A DNA stretch of 63,697 nt, filler included, from Choristocarpus tenellus KU-1152 (taxonomy: Eukaryota > Protista > Phaeophyceae), in assembly GCA_964200185.2 (NCBI GenBank). It is 13 parts of 13 records of this genome, joined end to end, with 100 filler letters (N's around TTAATTAATTAA, not from the genome) between each part and the next. Parts side by side here need not be neighbours in the genome. Positions count along the whole stretch, not along the records: positions 1 to 6,484 come from CAXNAD020008040.1; positions 6,585 to 10,381 come from CAXNAD020017871.1; positions 10,482 to 13,427 come from CAXNAD020023459.1; 10 more parts are not named here. The stretch is one strand, 5' to 3'. Under the pieces are notes generated by a model. The model was not told the origin of the DNA, searched no databases, and saw nothing but the letters and a program-made list of their open reading frames with translations. This document shows, piece by piece, positions 1-12,011 of this stretch (position 1 is the stretch's first letter; every line of letters begins with the position of its first letter). The position numbers were made by a program, and so were the translations under genes.

Positions 1-43
1 TTTGATATGTCTGCTGACGTGTGCAATAAGATAATAAGAGAGA

Positions 44-83
44 GCACCCCCCTACCACCGAAGGCACCCCCCTACCACCGAAG
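44..83. repeat. Perfect 20-bp tandem duplication
   Basis: GCACCCCCCTACCACCGAAG at 44-63 and 64-83. Confidence 0.9.
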
Positions 84-145
84 GCTGTGCTCACTCCGCT
101 AATAAACATACCCATACCACATAAAGCAAAATACTCTATTTGAGT

Positions 146-1981
146 AGCTCTCTTTTGCAAAACATCACTCACTACCTTTTCTAGGAGGGCCCTGCTTCTA
201 CTTCTTGCACTCATGTGGTTTCCATACTCCAGTCTCTCCTCAACTCTGCCTATTCCTCCTACACACACTGGTACTCCCGTGTTCACTACCTGTTGGAGTT
301 TATCTATCTGTGGGAACCCTACCTTTCTCCCTAAGTGGTTATCAATCTTCTCCTAATTCAACCGTTAGGGACTCCACCTTTCCCCCAGCCTATCCACTAG
401 TGTTACCAAGTCCCCCCCACACTCTCCTAGTAATGCTTCCCCCTTCATTGCCAAATCATTCAGTCCTTCCACTACCGTTACCCAATCCTTTTCCCTTTTC
501 CATTTCTCCCATGCTCTCAACCAATCTTCAAATTCATCCGTCGTTCCCCCTTCCCCTCCCCCTCTACCTTTCAGTGTCCGGCGTATTGACCCTGGCGTTG
601 GAATTCCTGACATCTTTTGCCTATGTTGTGGTAGTCTTGACGTCCATCGGTCTGGTCCTGCCGGCCCACCCTGGGGAAGGGTGGGCCCGCGTCTTCAGGG
701 GTCTTTCTTTCTAGACTTGGCGTCGGTCTGGTCTTCCTTCTCCTTCTCTTCACCTTCTTGAAAAGGGTCGTATTTGCAGAAACCATTCCTTTTTAAGAAG
801 TCGCATTCTTGTCCTGCCTTCCACGAGAAGCACGGGTTATACGTCCGTCCCTCCCCCTTTGAGACTCCTACCCTATTTCTGTCCTCAGGTCTGGGAGATT
901 CTGAAGCTCTTGTCTCCCCCAATGTCCCCGCCCTCTTCATTGACCGGGCTCGGGACTTAGTGCTACACAGGGCAGGCAGCATGTTCTTGGCCAGACCCAG
1001 TGTCGTTTCCAAACATTTGAAGCGAGGGCTCAGAGGGAGTGGTATCCATGTGTCATGGGGAGGCGGGGCGTTAAATTTGTTCCCTATGATGTCTGCTGCT
1101 GCAGCTATCTTTTTCTCCCAACACTGTAGGTCTTCCCTCACTGCTCTAAAAATCAGCTCGACGATCCTGGGACTCTCTAGCAAGGTAGGTTTATTCGCAC
1201 CATAGAACATTCTAACCTTACACCTTGCTTCTTCCAAATCCTCAATCACCCTTGCCGCCTCCTCTGTCCTGGATTCCAACTGTCTCCATACCTACACAGT
1301 CTCACCATTGCTGCCACGAAACAGTCGAAGTTGTTGGGCAGTTCGTGATCCCCTTTGCATGTTTTTCGCCCCAGCTCCCCCCTCGGTATGTAGTTCCTTA
1401 ATGTTGAAGGCTGCCAAGTTTTCCATCCGCTTTGCCACCTCTTCCGTCACGTCTGTTGTTTCCTCTACTATTCGTTGTAGTTCATATTGCATCGATCTTG
1501 TATTCCCCGTTTTTATGAACAAGGGAATGAATCCAAGGAGTAAGAAGTATTTCCTTACTTTGACCCTGCTCCATGCCTGGATCAGAGATTTCTCCTTAAT
1601 TTGCTCTGCCATTGTTGTCAATGATATCGAATTTCCTTCCCCCGTTAATCCTGCTCCCCTTCCCATCCCTCTGTCCCCCCCTCCCCCTTCTGGTTTCTGT
1701 GATCGGCATAGTAGTTCTTGCATTATCTCCATCATCGAGTCTATTCTCTCTGTTAGTCTTGTTATTTCATTGCTCTGGGCCTGGGCTTGACTGGGTTCAC
1801 TTTCACTCTTGTTCTCTGTTTCGTCTTCTTCTTCCGCTCCTTTGCTCTCTTCCTCCCCCCTTTCGGAGAACCCTATCTCTCGTTGTGCCTTCTTGATCTG
1901 CGATTGCATCCTCTGCGCCGCCCTTGTTCCCATCTCTTCTTCGTTTTCTTTCCATCCCTTCTCTTCTTCCCACCCTTCCAT
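146..1981 (-). mobile_element. Decayed DIRS/Ngaro-like (tyrosine-recombinase retrotransposon) gag plus start of pol
   Basis: ORFs 1292-1981 and 695-1279 are in one frame, split by a single TAG, and end in a CCCH-like knuckle (CFSWKAGQECDFLKRNGFCKYDP). A second frame (613 down to ~146, with stops) reads GVPVCVGG...LEYGNHMSARSRSRALLEKVVSDVLQKRA, resembling the pre-RT region of DIRS/Ngaro pol. RT core and recombinase are absent. Confidence 0.65.
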
Positions 1982-2865
1982 CGTTTCCTTCCCATCCTTC
2001 TCCCGTTCTTTTCCGTCATTTTCCTTCAGATCTTCCCACCTTGTCTTGTTCCTCTCTTTTTTGTCTTGTCACCTGTCCGCCATACTTTGTTACTCGGGCG
2101 AGAGCTTGCTCGTAGGTTGCGTTGGTCTCCCCTCCTCGTCTTGTACCCCTGGTTCTCTTCCCTTTTATCACTGACTGGATGCTATTCCTCCCCTTCTTAT
2201 CTACCACCCATTTCCATTAACCTTCTCTTCCCTTACTTAACTATTTGTTCTCTTCCTGCTTCCTTTTTTTTCTTCTCCCTGCCCACACTACTTGTCCTGT
2301 GCCCCCAGCCAACCAGAATTCTTCCGTCCACAAAACTCAGATTACTTCATAAACTCTCACTTATTGTAAATGTAAAAGACATTTTTCTATCATCTATTTA
2401 CTATTTATTGTAGATACGCAACACCACTCCCGCCCTATCTCTCCAACTTAGATTACCTTAAACTCTCAACCAACGAGTTAGAGAACGATACCAAGAGTCT
2501 GAAAGAAAAATATTTTTCTTTCAACCATATCGAACAATATAAAGAAAATCCGTATCTAGGAACAGTTAGGGCAGTCCCTGTCATTTTTTTTTTCACTCCA
2601 TTCACTTTCTCATATTATCGTTGAACAATCAACCACAACTCCACTAAAGAAAAATGAACTAAAGTTTGAACCTACAAACCTACCTTTAATTTATTTTTAT
2701 TATTTTTCACTCTAATATTTTTTACGTATGTCAAAAGAAAAACCAATGAAAAGTCATTCAAGTGCCATAACCTTTCAAAAAGAAACAATTGTCCAAATCC
2801 AAAATGTAAATTTATTTTATATTTTATAGTTATACCGACTTGTATTTTCCAGATGTTCCAAATCA

Positions 2866-3416
2866 ATGAAAACTATTATTTTATTATTATGCCCTCTGAC
2901 ATTTTGCAGATGTGTCAGGGGGAAACCAATCAAAACTATATACATATGTGTATATATATATGAAAACTATTGAATGTATATTTTCCTAACTGATTCCTGT
3001 GAAAAGACAGAGGGTGGTCAATTACTTGTTCGAAGTATTTAGTGGGGTAGAAGAATTAATAGTATATTACAGACTTTTCTCTCGGTGTTAGAAGGTGTTT
3101 AGACGTTGAGAAGTTCAAGACAAAATGTACATTTAATACAATACATAATGTGAGTAAGATATCTGAAAAATGTCAGAGGGCATAATAATAATAGATAATA
3201 TAAATGAGTATTTTTCACCTTTATGTCATTTTATTTCTTTAGCCTTATACTGACATGGATAGTTTTCATTGGTTTCTCCCCTCACACGTCTGCAAAATCT
3301 CAGAGGGCATAATAATAAATAGACATTTTATATACACATATGTATATAGTTTCCATTGGTTTTCTCCTGACACATCTGAAAATGTCAGAGGGCATAATAA
3401 AATAATAAATAGTCAT
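2866..3416. mobile_element. MITE/foldback-like element with ~90-bp inverted arms
   Basis: TTATTATGCCCTCTGACATTTTGCAGATGTGTCAGG...ACTATATACATATGTGTATATA (~2866-2958) is the reverse complement of ~3329-3416. Extra internal CAGAGGGCATAATAA copies lie near 3174 and 3301, with degenerate relatives near 35195-35235 and 35320-35350. Confidence 0.75.
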
Positions 3417-3686
3417 AATAACAGTAGTCATAATAAATAGTCAACATCCGAAGGTGAAGGGAAAAAAGGGTGTACCATGTTTTTTGTTTGTACTTTCACT
3501 TCCTAAATGGAGACATCATACCAAATTGCAAAATGTTCGATTTAACACCTTTCGTTATTATGCAATTCTGTGTCGTGTAACGATTCAACAAACTCCACAC
3601 CTTCACAACCCTGTCCAATACCCTAGACGTGCAGACGAAGATGAAGTTCTGAAAATACTTCTGTGTTCTGATTTTAAGGGAGAAAC

Positions 3687-6114
3687 ATGGACATGGATGT
3701 GGGTGTAGGGGGATCAACAGCAGATCTGCACCTTGCGGCTGATACTGGGTCTCTCGCGAAGAATGAGGCTGTAACTGTGGCGATTGACCTTATAGCCGGT
3801 TCAATTTCGGGATGTGCAGGAATCGTGGTTGGGCAGGTGAGAGAGACGTATGATTCAAACGCGATCTTAACTTATCTTCCTATGTCATCCGCTTGCCAGG
3901 CTACATGATACACAACATTATGTATGCATTGATTTACCTACCCCGCCTGCCGGCCCTATAGCCGTTTGATACTGTGAAGGTTCGATTGCAGACCCAGGAC
4001 GTGGGGAGTTCTAAGGGGGGAAGTTTCCCTTGGAAATCTGCCGGGGCAATAACTTGCGCATCGGAAATCATTTCGAAGGAGGGTAAGCACATCGTGACTT
4101 GAAAAGGTAGTGACTACGTCTTTTCCTCACATTTTACAGGATTGTAAGAGACTTGCCAGATTCACGAAATATCAAATCTAAAAATAAAGAATTGAAAGAA
4201 CCGATGCATTCACCAGCTTCCTGAAGGTCTTTCGATGCAACTAGATGGGTGATACGATCTACGATGACAAGCTGCCTGACAAATTGCCAAAATTGAGGAA
4301 GTAATAATACTGTCAATTAAGCCGCATCGTCTTGTTACACTGAAGCCTCCATACATGCGCGATAATGTGTGGTCCTAGCACAGTTGTTGGGGCCTTCATT
4401 GCGCGACAGGTTCTTAGTTCATCTTCCGTCATCCTTCTCCTTGGCAAAAGCGATACTACCTCCACCTTCGGCTGTAAGGGGAGCACTCAATTTGGCTGTC
4501 CCTTCCAACATTGTGACTTATGACTGCCAGGGCTCACAGCGCTGTTCAAGGGCATGGCGAGTCCATTGGCTACAGCTGCTGTGGTAAATGCTATAACCTT
4601 CAGCACGTATGCCGAATCAATGAGGGTAAGTAAACTTGTGCCTCTAGAGTTTTTCTCCCCCTCAAACCCCCATCTTTGGTGACAAAGTTATTTGACGAAA
4701 ATAATCACAGTTAGCTTTGAATATAGAGTCGCAATCTGGGCTGGTGCATTGCAAGGAGACAGAAGAAACTGTTTTTCCCTGTTGCAATTCCTTCCGACAC
4801 TCTAGGCCCGAAACACAAAGAAAAATACATTTTCATACTTCGTAAGGTTGGGGGACTGCATCATAGCATCTTCAAGGTTCTGAGACATCAACGATCACAA
4901 AAAAAAAAAAAATGCCTCCCTTCTACATTATACAGTAGCGAGGAACGTGGCACTCCTCCTCGGTCACAGTGTTTTCCCTCAAAACCTGCCAATTGTGGGT
5001 GTTGTACAATTTTGAGAAGGCATTTTGACTGTTACTTTTTTCTGTCTATTGTACAGGAGCAGCCTCAGTGTAGGCAGCCTCGTAGGCAGCCTAATGATTA
5101 TCTCTGTATCTGCTTGCAGACATTTTCCTCTTTTTTTTGCTGTAGATTCTCTCTGAGCCCAGATCCAGACATCATGTACCTAATCCCAATTTATTCTAAA
5201 TTTTGTACTCTCAGGTGATGGAATCCCAGGGCTTCCTTGAGAAGTGGGGGGAATCTTCACGTGATGCCATGCGAGCATTCATCGGTGGGTCATTTGCAGG
5301 GTTTTGCCAGTCCGCTGTACTTCTCCCAACAGACAATGTCAAGGTCAAGCTGCAGGTGGGATTGGTGTACCTGCATTGGCCTGCAGCAAAACTCCAATAC
5401 TTTTCTCACAAGTTTTGCTTCGTGGTGAAACAATTGGAGTAGATATTTTGTGATAATGATTTTACGGCCTTGCGATGACTTTATGTGTGGGCAGCTGACT
5501 TGTGTGTACCTTGTGTTGCGGATGATGTCTCTACACCTCTCTCTCTCTCTCTCTCTCTCTCCCTGCAAGGACTTTTTGTTGCTGTTGCCAGTTGTAATGC
5601 TATGTGTCTGAATGATCTTATCTATAATTCTTGCTTAGCCCGTGGGAATCAGTTTACAATAATGCGGTGATGTAAAGAGCTTACTATTACGGTCCTACTG
5701 GTCTACTTGGAGGAGGTACAATGCAACCATTGTTTACCCAAGGCGGACAAAAAATAAGTTTTTTCTTCAAGGTATTCAAGGTATTCAAGGTATTTAAGTT
5801 TGTGTACAAGCAGGACCCGCATACACTATGATGATGTATTAACATGGTGCTGGGACTGTACTCCAGAGGTGAGAAATGGGAGATATTTCCGCGCTGTCAT
5901 CATCTGCCGCCTCCCAAATGCTTGGAAAAGTCACAACTCTACTTCCGTAGCTGCACCTTAGTCAGAGCACCACACTCCTCATCCCCTTTCCTTCGCACTA
6001 TTCTGGTATCAGGTGCAACAAGGGGCAATAGGTTCAACAGCTCTGATGTACAAGGGGCCTATGGATTGTGCAACACAGATGATACGAACCTGGGGTTTCC
6101 GTCCACTGTTTCAG
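3687..6114 (+). CDS. Mitochondrial carrier family (SLC25/MCF) protein, 3'-partial; carnitine/basic amino acid carrier-like
   Basis: Phase-consistent exons 3687-3836, 3962-4082, 4531-4625, 5215-5355, 6013-6114. Carrier signatures GQ|PFDTVKVRLQ, EG|LTALFKG, LPTDNVKVKLQ and YKGPMDCA. The third repeat lies beyond the contig end. Confidence 0.93.
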
Positions 6115-6484
6115 GCAAATTATCCAACTTTTTAGTGTGGTCACTGTTTCATGGTGCTACGCAATGTTTTTTTTTTAGGTTTGAGAAAAAAAGTGTTCGT
6201 TTTTGCTGTTCTGTTATCCCTCCCAAGTATCATGCAAACAACATTTCTACTCCGTTTTAGCAGAAGAGTCCTGTAGTCAGTGTCGGTACAATACCAACCT
6301 GAAGATTAGTGGTGTTTTGACTCGAAACGACTAGATAATTCCACAGCGGTCAACCTGAAACCTTTGTTACTTACTCCCTTGCACATCTCTGCTAACAGCT
6401 AGATAGGGGGGTGGCAGCAGATGTCTTGTTGCCTGTGGTTGAAGGGAGGCAGGACATGCCCAGATATGTGTTTGCAAAATGCGC

Positions 6485-6584
6485 NNNNNNNNNNNNNNNN
6501 NNNNNNNNNNNNNNNNNNNNNNNNNNNNTTAATTAATTAANNNNNNNNNNNNNNNNNNNNNNNNNNNNNNNNNNNNNNNNNNNN
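6485..6584. other. Artificial contig-joining linker (first of 12)
   Basis: N44-TTAATTAATTAA-N44 (six-frame stop). Identical linkers start at 10382, 13428, 16646, 21003, 25546, 29523, 32355, 36915, 45343, 53849 and 58759. Confidence 0.99.
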
Positions 6585-9500
6585 TTGCCGTTCCCAACAA
6601 GTTTCTCGCAAGTCGAAACGATACCCGCCACAGGTTCCCAGCTTACGTCTTTAACCCGCTTCTGTTTCCCAGTTCGCCCGGATCTATCACCAGCGCGTAT
6701 GTAGCCTTCTACAAAACTACGTTTCCCGTACTTCTCAAGGGTCATAAACGCAGCATTGTCACGTGTATGATCACTGATCGGCCGAAGCCAGTGAAGGTCC
6801 ACCCCACGCTACCCGTCCTCGCCACGCGCTCCTCTAGGATCTTACCGACCAAGAGCGGCGCCTCCGTTGCCACAAAAAAGGCAATTCTGCCTTCCTGCAT
6901 GGAGACGAGGTTTCCATGGTTTGCCGATGTCAAGGTAGCACGAGGCCAAGCCCGTTGACGGGAGCCAGGTTTTTCCTTGTCACTGTCCGATGAGGAAGAG
7001 TCTCTTTCCTCGAGCCCGCCGAGATCATTGTCACCGCTGACGAGATTATCTCCTCCACCCGAACGTTCGCTCTGGTCGGTGTCTTCGGCATCGCTGGTAC
7101 CAGTTCCAGCGCCATCCTCATCGGTGGGAAGCCAATTGACTGGAAGGTCGAACTCTCGTTCCCCTGTTTTTTTGAGAAGCCGCACAGACTCGCTTTGCTC
7201 GTGTTTCGCTCTCTGAACGGCTTCATCGTCTGCGAAGGTGGAATCCATGAGCACGAGAACATTGACGATAGGGAAGCATGAATGTTACTTTGTAACCATG
7301 CGTGATGTTTCACGAATGCGCTCGGGGAGCATGCAGTGAGAGGGAGGGTGTATATTTCGTCGGATTCGTGTCTGTTGAGTACAATACCGGTACCCTCAAA
7401 ACATTTATCAGGGGTAATCTATAGTATTTTTTAATTGTGATGATCACTACGCATGAGAATGGAATATTTTTCAAGATTGTTATAGTAAAGGCTGTAAAGG
7501 TTGCCTCGTACAGAAGTTGCACCAGATTTTTTTGGCTGCCACCGAATACAAAATTAGCCATCAACTCTCCTCACGAAAAAATCGACTTACCCAATGGGTA
7601 CGCAGCAGCAAGGCGCTTGTGCAACACCTGGTACCGCTACTCCACCTTCAGGATGACGTCTTCGGGAACGCTCTTGAGCTGGTAGGGTGGTGCATCTTGG
7701 ATACAAGGCGGGTGGCCGATGAAGAGGTCGTGCGGAGGGTTATTGGGGTCGATAGCAAGGTCTCTGCCGATCCCTCTTCATTCGGTGGTGTGCATATATT
7801 GCTTCACGCTAACCGTAACTCGCCCATCACCGCCTTTTTCAACGCGAAAAGCCCTGTAGCTCGTGATATTGGGAACACGGTTGACGCGACCGTGAAGGAG
7901 TCCCTTGAAGTTTCCCTCGTTCCATAGGGTCTTGCAGCATACTGGAACCTCCGTGTAAGAGGCCTGCAGCTCTTCACCCAGCTGTGTTCTTGTGAATATG
8001 TTCTTCCCTTTTATACAACGTGAGAACCTGAAGGTGAAATGCAAGCAAGTTAATTTTGAGGCGGGGGCGAAAGAAACGAAGTGGAGAAGCAATGTATATA
8101 TGCAGGCATATGCTCCGATGCATGTATATGGAAGTATAGATATAAAAAGGGGTGATGCGTACCTTTTTTTAATTGTTTTTTTTCGAGAGGAGGTTACGAG
8201 ACAGTTTTGGCAGCTGCTCTTATCGTTCAATTTTTTGGGGGGGGAAATCAAAAGCCAAATTATCAATTATAGTGTACGACCATAAACCTTCCATGGATGC
8301 AACAAGCGTGAGCTGCAAGTCTCAAGGCAGTATCTGAACGTATAAAAACACTATGTGGCTATCGGACTTGTATATCTTGCCTAATTACCTGGAGAAGATC
8401 TGATCGATTTTGATGTGCGTGTGCCTGACCATCATAAAATGTATCTTGACCACACGAATGACACTCGCCGCAACCATCAGCCCCACATATCCGAAGAAAG
8501 AAATTGTTCTTGTTCTCTGAGACGCAGTTGTCGACTTGGCCAGTTTGGGGAGTTGGGAGCGAGGGAGGGATAGGCGTGAGGCCAATATGTCAGTCCATTT
8601 AGCCGCGTTTCGTGGAGGAACAGAGTATGTTTCCAGTACTGCTAGAGCGCAAGCTCTACATCACCGCTATCATACATGCAGGTTGCAACGCACAAACCAA
8701 AACTAAAGACCGTGCAGTTAGTTACTTGGTGACCGGTATTCAGCGAGTATGTGTTGAGTAGGTCGTGTCAAGACGAAACTTTCTTACCTGCCAATGCACG
8801 TGCTGGATGATGCAACTCCCTACGTGATCGAGGCTGTTGTGGTACTTGTTGATAGGCCTTGTAAGGGCAAGGTGGGTGGCTGTGCAGACAAGGTTACAAC
8901 CTGCACGAACGATGATGTCTGTCATTAGTTGGCAAATAGTACCATGCTTACTTGCGCATTGTTTATTTGGAGCTAAAAAGAGGGGTAACGGAATTTGTTT
9001 TTGCAATGTAGAGCAAAAATAATGACCTTCGTAAATCTGCCAGGAGCGTCATTCTGTTCGGGCCTGACCACCGTTTGCAGAAGCGGCAAAGGAGGCGAAT
9101 CTACCATCATCATCATCATCATCGCGAAGCGCTTTAGACATACGAAGTACACACTTTTGCTACTAATTTCAGACCGGGCCCGGGGCCGCAGAGTAGGTGT
9201 ACACGGCGTTGCAATAACAGTTATTGTGTCTTCCTTCGTAAAAGCGACGAAGAGTATCATCAGCATTGTAGTCTTGACAAAGCAAACAAAAAAAATAGCC
9301 CTTGGTACGAATCTTCACATGTTCTTTTAACCAAAACATCCGACCGGTTAAAGTAATAAAACATCCACCACTCGAAATACTACTTCGATCCACTTCTTCT
9401 ACGTACTGCTGGGTCACACGGTTTGGAACTAACTCCAACACAGGGTGCGGCCAACATCTCCACAACCAAGGGCAAAACCTACCTCTTTGTTCGCAGCGTA

Positions 9501-10381
9501 GATCACAATTGTGGACTTGTAAGGCATGAACTGCCCGTATGTATCAGCACAGTAGTCTATCCAGGACATCACCAGGTCTCGTTTCGGAGCCATGTTCTTA
9601 TCTTTTATTGTGCCGTTCCTGTTGTAGTAGCGCACGTATGTATATAAATGGATGGGAGATGTGTTGGAGGTGGATACAAGGGACGGGGGATGGAATCCTA
9701 GAGGGATCGTATGCCAGCAGCGGATCTCTAATTCTGTATACATTTACACGTGGTAACTGTGCAGCAGCACGGGGATGGCCGGATGAGATGATATTTGGGC
9801 AGCATAATAAATAATATCACACGTGTATATACGCACATACGTAACACATAACTCCACACTGGAGGGATCTCTACCTTTGCATATCAGACATCTAGGCGTG
9901 GTAACAGCAAAGTGAATGTGGTGAATACGGTCGGATGACATTGTTCTGAGATAGGACTACTGTTCAATCATCAAGGAGGGGGGAGAATATGCCGGGTATA
10001 AATAAAACTGTTGTACATACGTCAAATCCACCTCTCCACTCCGGTGGATGCTCTTGCGTTAGGTGTGCCTTTGCAAGCGTCGATGACATGATTGGATATT
10101 CCTAACGGCGCCTTAAAAAACTGCGTACAGACGGGAATGCCGGCCGCGAGCATAGATCCGCCTCCAGGTCCCAATTTAATCACAGGTACACAGTTGCCAA
10201 CGAAGTACTTGTGATCGCGGTGGTTCTCACACGTCTGGATGATGTCCTGCTCTTTGGCCAACGTGCGTGCAAGGAAGGACTCGCTATCTGCCGCGAACTT
10301 CTTCACACAGGCTAAGCGCTTGCAGCAGTCACCCTGTTCATTGACCGGGATGGGTTCAGCCCATCCTCGGCGAAGCTTGGC
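6585..10381 (-). pseudogene. Intron-containing Sola-like / DUF7869-type DDE transposase, degenerate
   Basis: Ordered motifs VCTQFFKAPLGIS; WIDYCADTYGQFMPY; HVKIRTKGYFFCLLCQDY; GCNLVCTA; VDNCVSENKNN then a +1 frameshift to FGYVGLMV...FMMVRHTHIKIDQIFSR (cf. DNCxxENKN and VGHTHxxIDQxFS); ITSYRAFRV. GT-AG introns, internal stops and frameshifts are present. Confidence 0.8.
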
Positions 10382-10481
10382 NNNNNNNNNNNNNNNNNNN
10401 NNNNNNNNNNNNNNNNNNNNNNNNNTTAATTAATTAANNNNNNNNNNNNNNNNNNNNNNNNNNNNNNNNNNNNNNNNNNNN

Positions 10482-10548
10482 CTGTGGGAAGCCAAGCCCC
10501 AAATGGACAAACAGGGCAAAAATCGTACCCTCTAAGATACTTTCACTC
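10482..10548. mobile_element. MITE family A, partial copy at contig start
   Basis: GGGAAGCCAAGCCCCAAATGGACAAACAGGGCAAAA..GTACCCTCTAAGATACTTTCACTC end, shared with full copies. Confidence 0.85.
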
Positions 10549-10612
10549 TTAACTGGCCCAGAACGTTTACCTGTTACAGGTGTGAAGATTATCGACCCTC
10601 CTCCAAAGGAAC

Positions 10613-10871
10613 GAGTGAAAGTACCTTAGAAGGTACGAATTTTGCCCTGTTTGTCCATTTGTGGCTTGGCTTCCCACAGGTTTTTCATGGCATTTTACCT
10701 TCTCCGAAATGTTTCAGAGTAGGTAAAATGTATACGTTATGGAATGGTGTGTCCAGAACGTGGATATTGACACTTTCTAACAAACACGATAGCCAAAATT
10801 ACATCACAATCGTAACATTGTATTTTGGCTCCCAAACTGACGCGGCCCTACCCTCTAAGATAATTTGACTC
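10613..10871. mobile_element. MITE family A (~257 bp, PIF/Harbinger Tourist-like), full copy
   Basis: Ends GAGTGAAAGTACCTTAGAAGGTA / TACCCTCTAAGATAATTTGACTC; flanked by AAC/AAC. Confidence 0.9.
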
Positions 10872-11466
10872 AACCCTTCTACTGTAGCGTTTCACAATTG
10901 GTTTACAGATGTCTTCGTCGGGTACAAAAGTTGATGGCAAATCCAACCGTAGTGTCTCCCAGATGGTGGACAGGTCACAGGCATTGTACTTAGGGTCTTC
11001 AGTTGACAACCTACTTACAACTACCCTGTCATAACACACTGACCATCTACAGAGATGACATAATTAAAACCACCTTTGTCATGCCGTAGTCCGACACATC
11101 TGTGACAAGGTTGGTTGATTTGCCTGGCAGCACAGCAGTGTACCAAAAAAAAACCCTTTTTTTTGTTCCTTTTTTTGCAGACATTTTTTAAGACGTAACC
11201 CTGACCCCGATTTGTTTGTGGAAAATAACTGTATGTCTTGTTTTAAGTGAAAAAAAATTGGTAGTGGTGGTTCCCGAGGACAGGGGGGTTCCCTATGCAC
11301 GTCAGCACACCTTCAAGGACGCAGTCACCTTGATACAAATTGTGGCGGGTGAGATATCAACCTATGGGATAAAGAGACCGGGAGGTCCAGCGAATGAAGG
11401 CCCCTTGTGTTTGGAATTGGAAGGGAGGCCTTGAAGCAAGACAATGTCCTTTTCTCCTTGTCTCTT

Positions 11467-11971
11467 TCAGATCACGTTACGCACATGGTATGTACTCTCA
11501 TAGGAAGGTGTCATACCCACACATGTATCATCTGTCTCCCAAACACTTGAGTCAAGCGTCCCATCCATGCATATCTTGGGCTGGGAGGAGGACACTCTCT
11601 CGTCTGGCACAGGCTTGCAATGCTTGCGGCAAATGTTGTGCACGCAGACACAAACATATACAACATTCCCTAAGTGAGGCAGGTGGGGGTACAACTAGGG
11701 GCTTCCACAGGATGCCCCGAGCATGCACAAGCATACCAAAACCTTGCTCAATGGCAATCCTGGCCTTGGACTGGTGATATTTGAAATTGTGTAGTTGGAA
11801 GGCATCCATATTATGGTGAACAGTATCATCATCCGATAACTGGATGGATATGCATCATCAGATGAAGGAAATTGCCTTTATGACACGTTCACTCACATGT
11901 CACGAAAATAACTACAGGGTCACACAGGCTCCGAATGGACGCCTGACCCCCCTTCTAAGATAATATGGGTC
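11467..11971 (-). mobile_element. PIF/Harbinger (HARBI1-like DDE_Tnp_4) transposase remnant with adjacent family A/B-type end
   Basis: HNFKYHQSKARIAIEQGFGMLVHARGILWKPL, then frameshifted VYVCVCVHNIC (cf. FNxxxSxxRxxIExAFGxLxxRWxILxxP...CxxLHN). AATGGACGCCTGACCCCCCTTCTAAGATAATATGGGTC lies at 11934-11971. Confidence 0.75.
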
Positions 11972-12011
11972 AAATATGGATGCATTACCAAAGATTGAAA
12001 ACTGACTTATA

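Noticed and set aside
205-2413. Long plus-strand Leu/Ser/Pro/Phe-rich ORFs
   Set aside because: Antisense shadows of the purine-rich minus-strand gag/pol.
6485-6584. Recurrent TTAATTAATTAA palindrome in N runs
   Set aside because: Identical artificial linker at all 12 joins; not biological, and ORFs ending in XXX-LIN are artefacts.
10482-10552. Family A as Sola3 MITEs (GAG...CTC ends, TTAA flank)
   Set aside because: TTAA flanks only this copy; full copies show 3-bp duplications and some ends are GAC or GGG.
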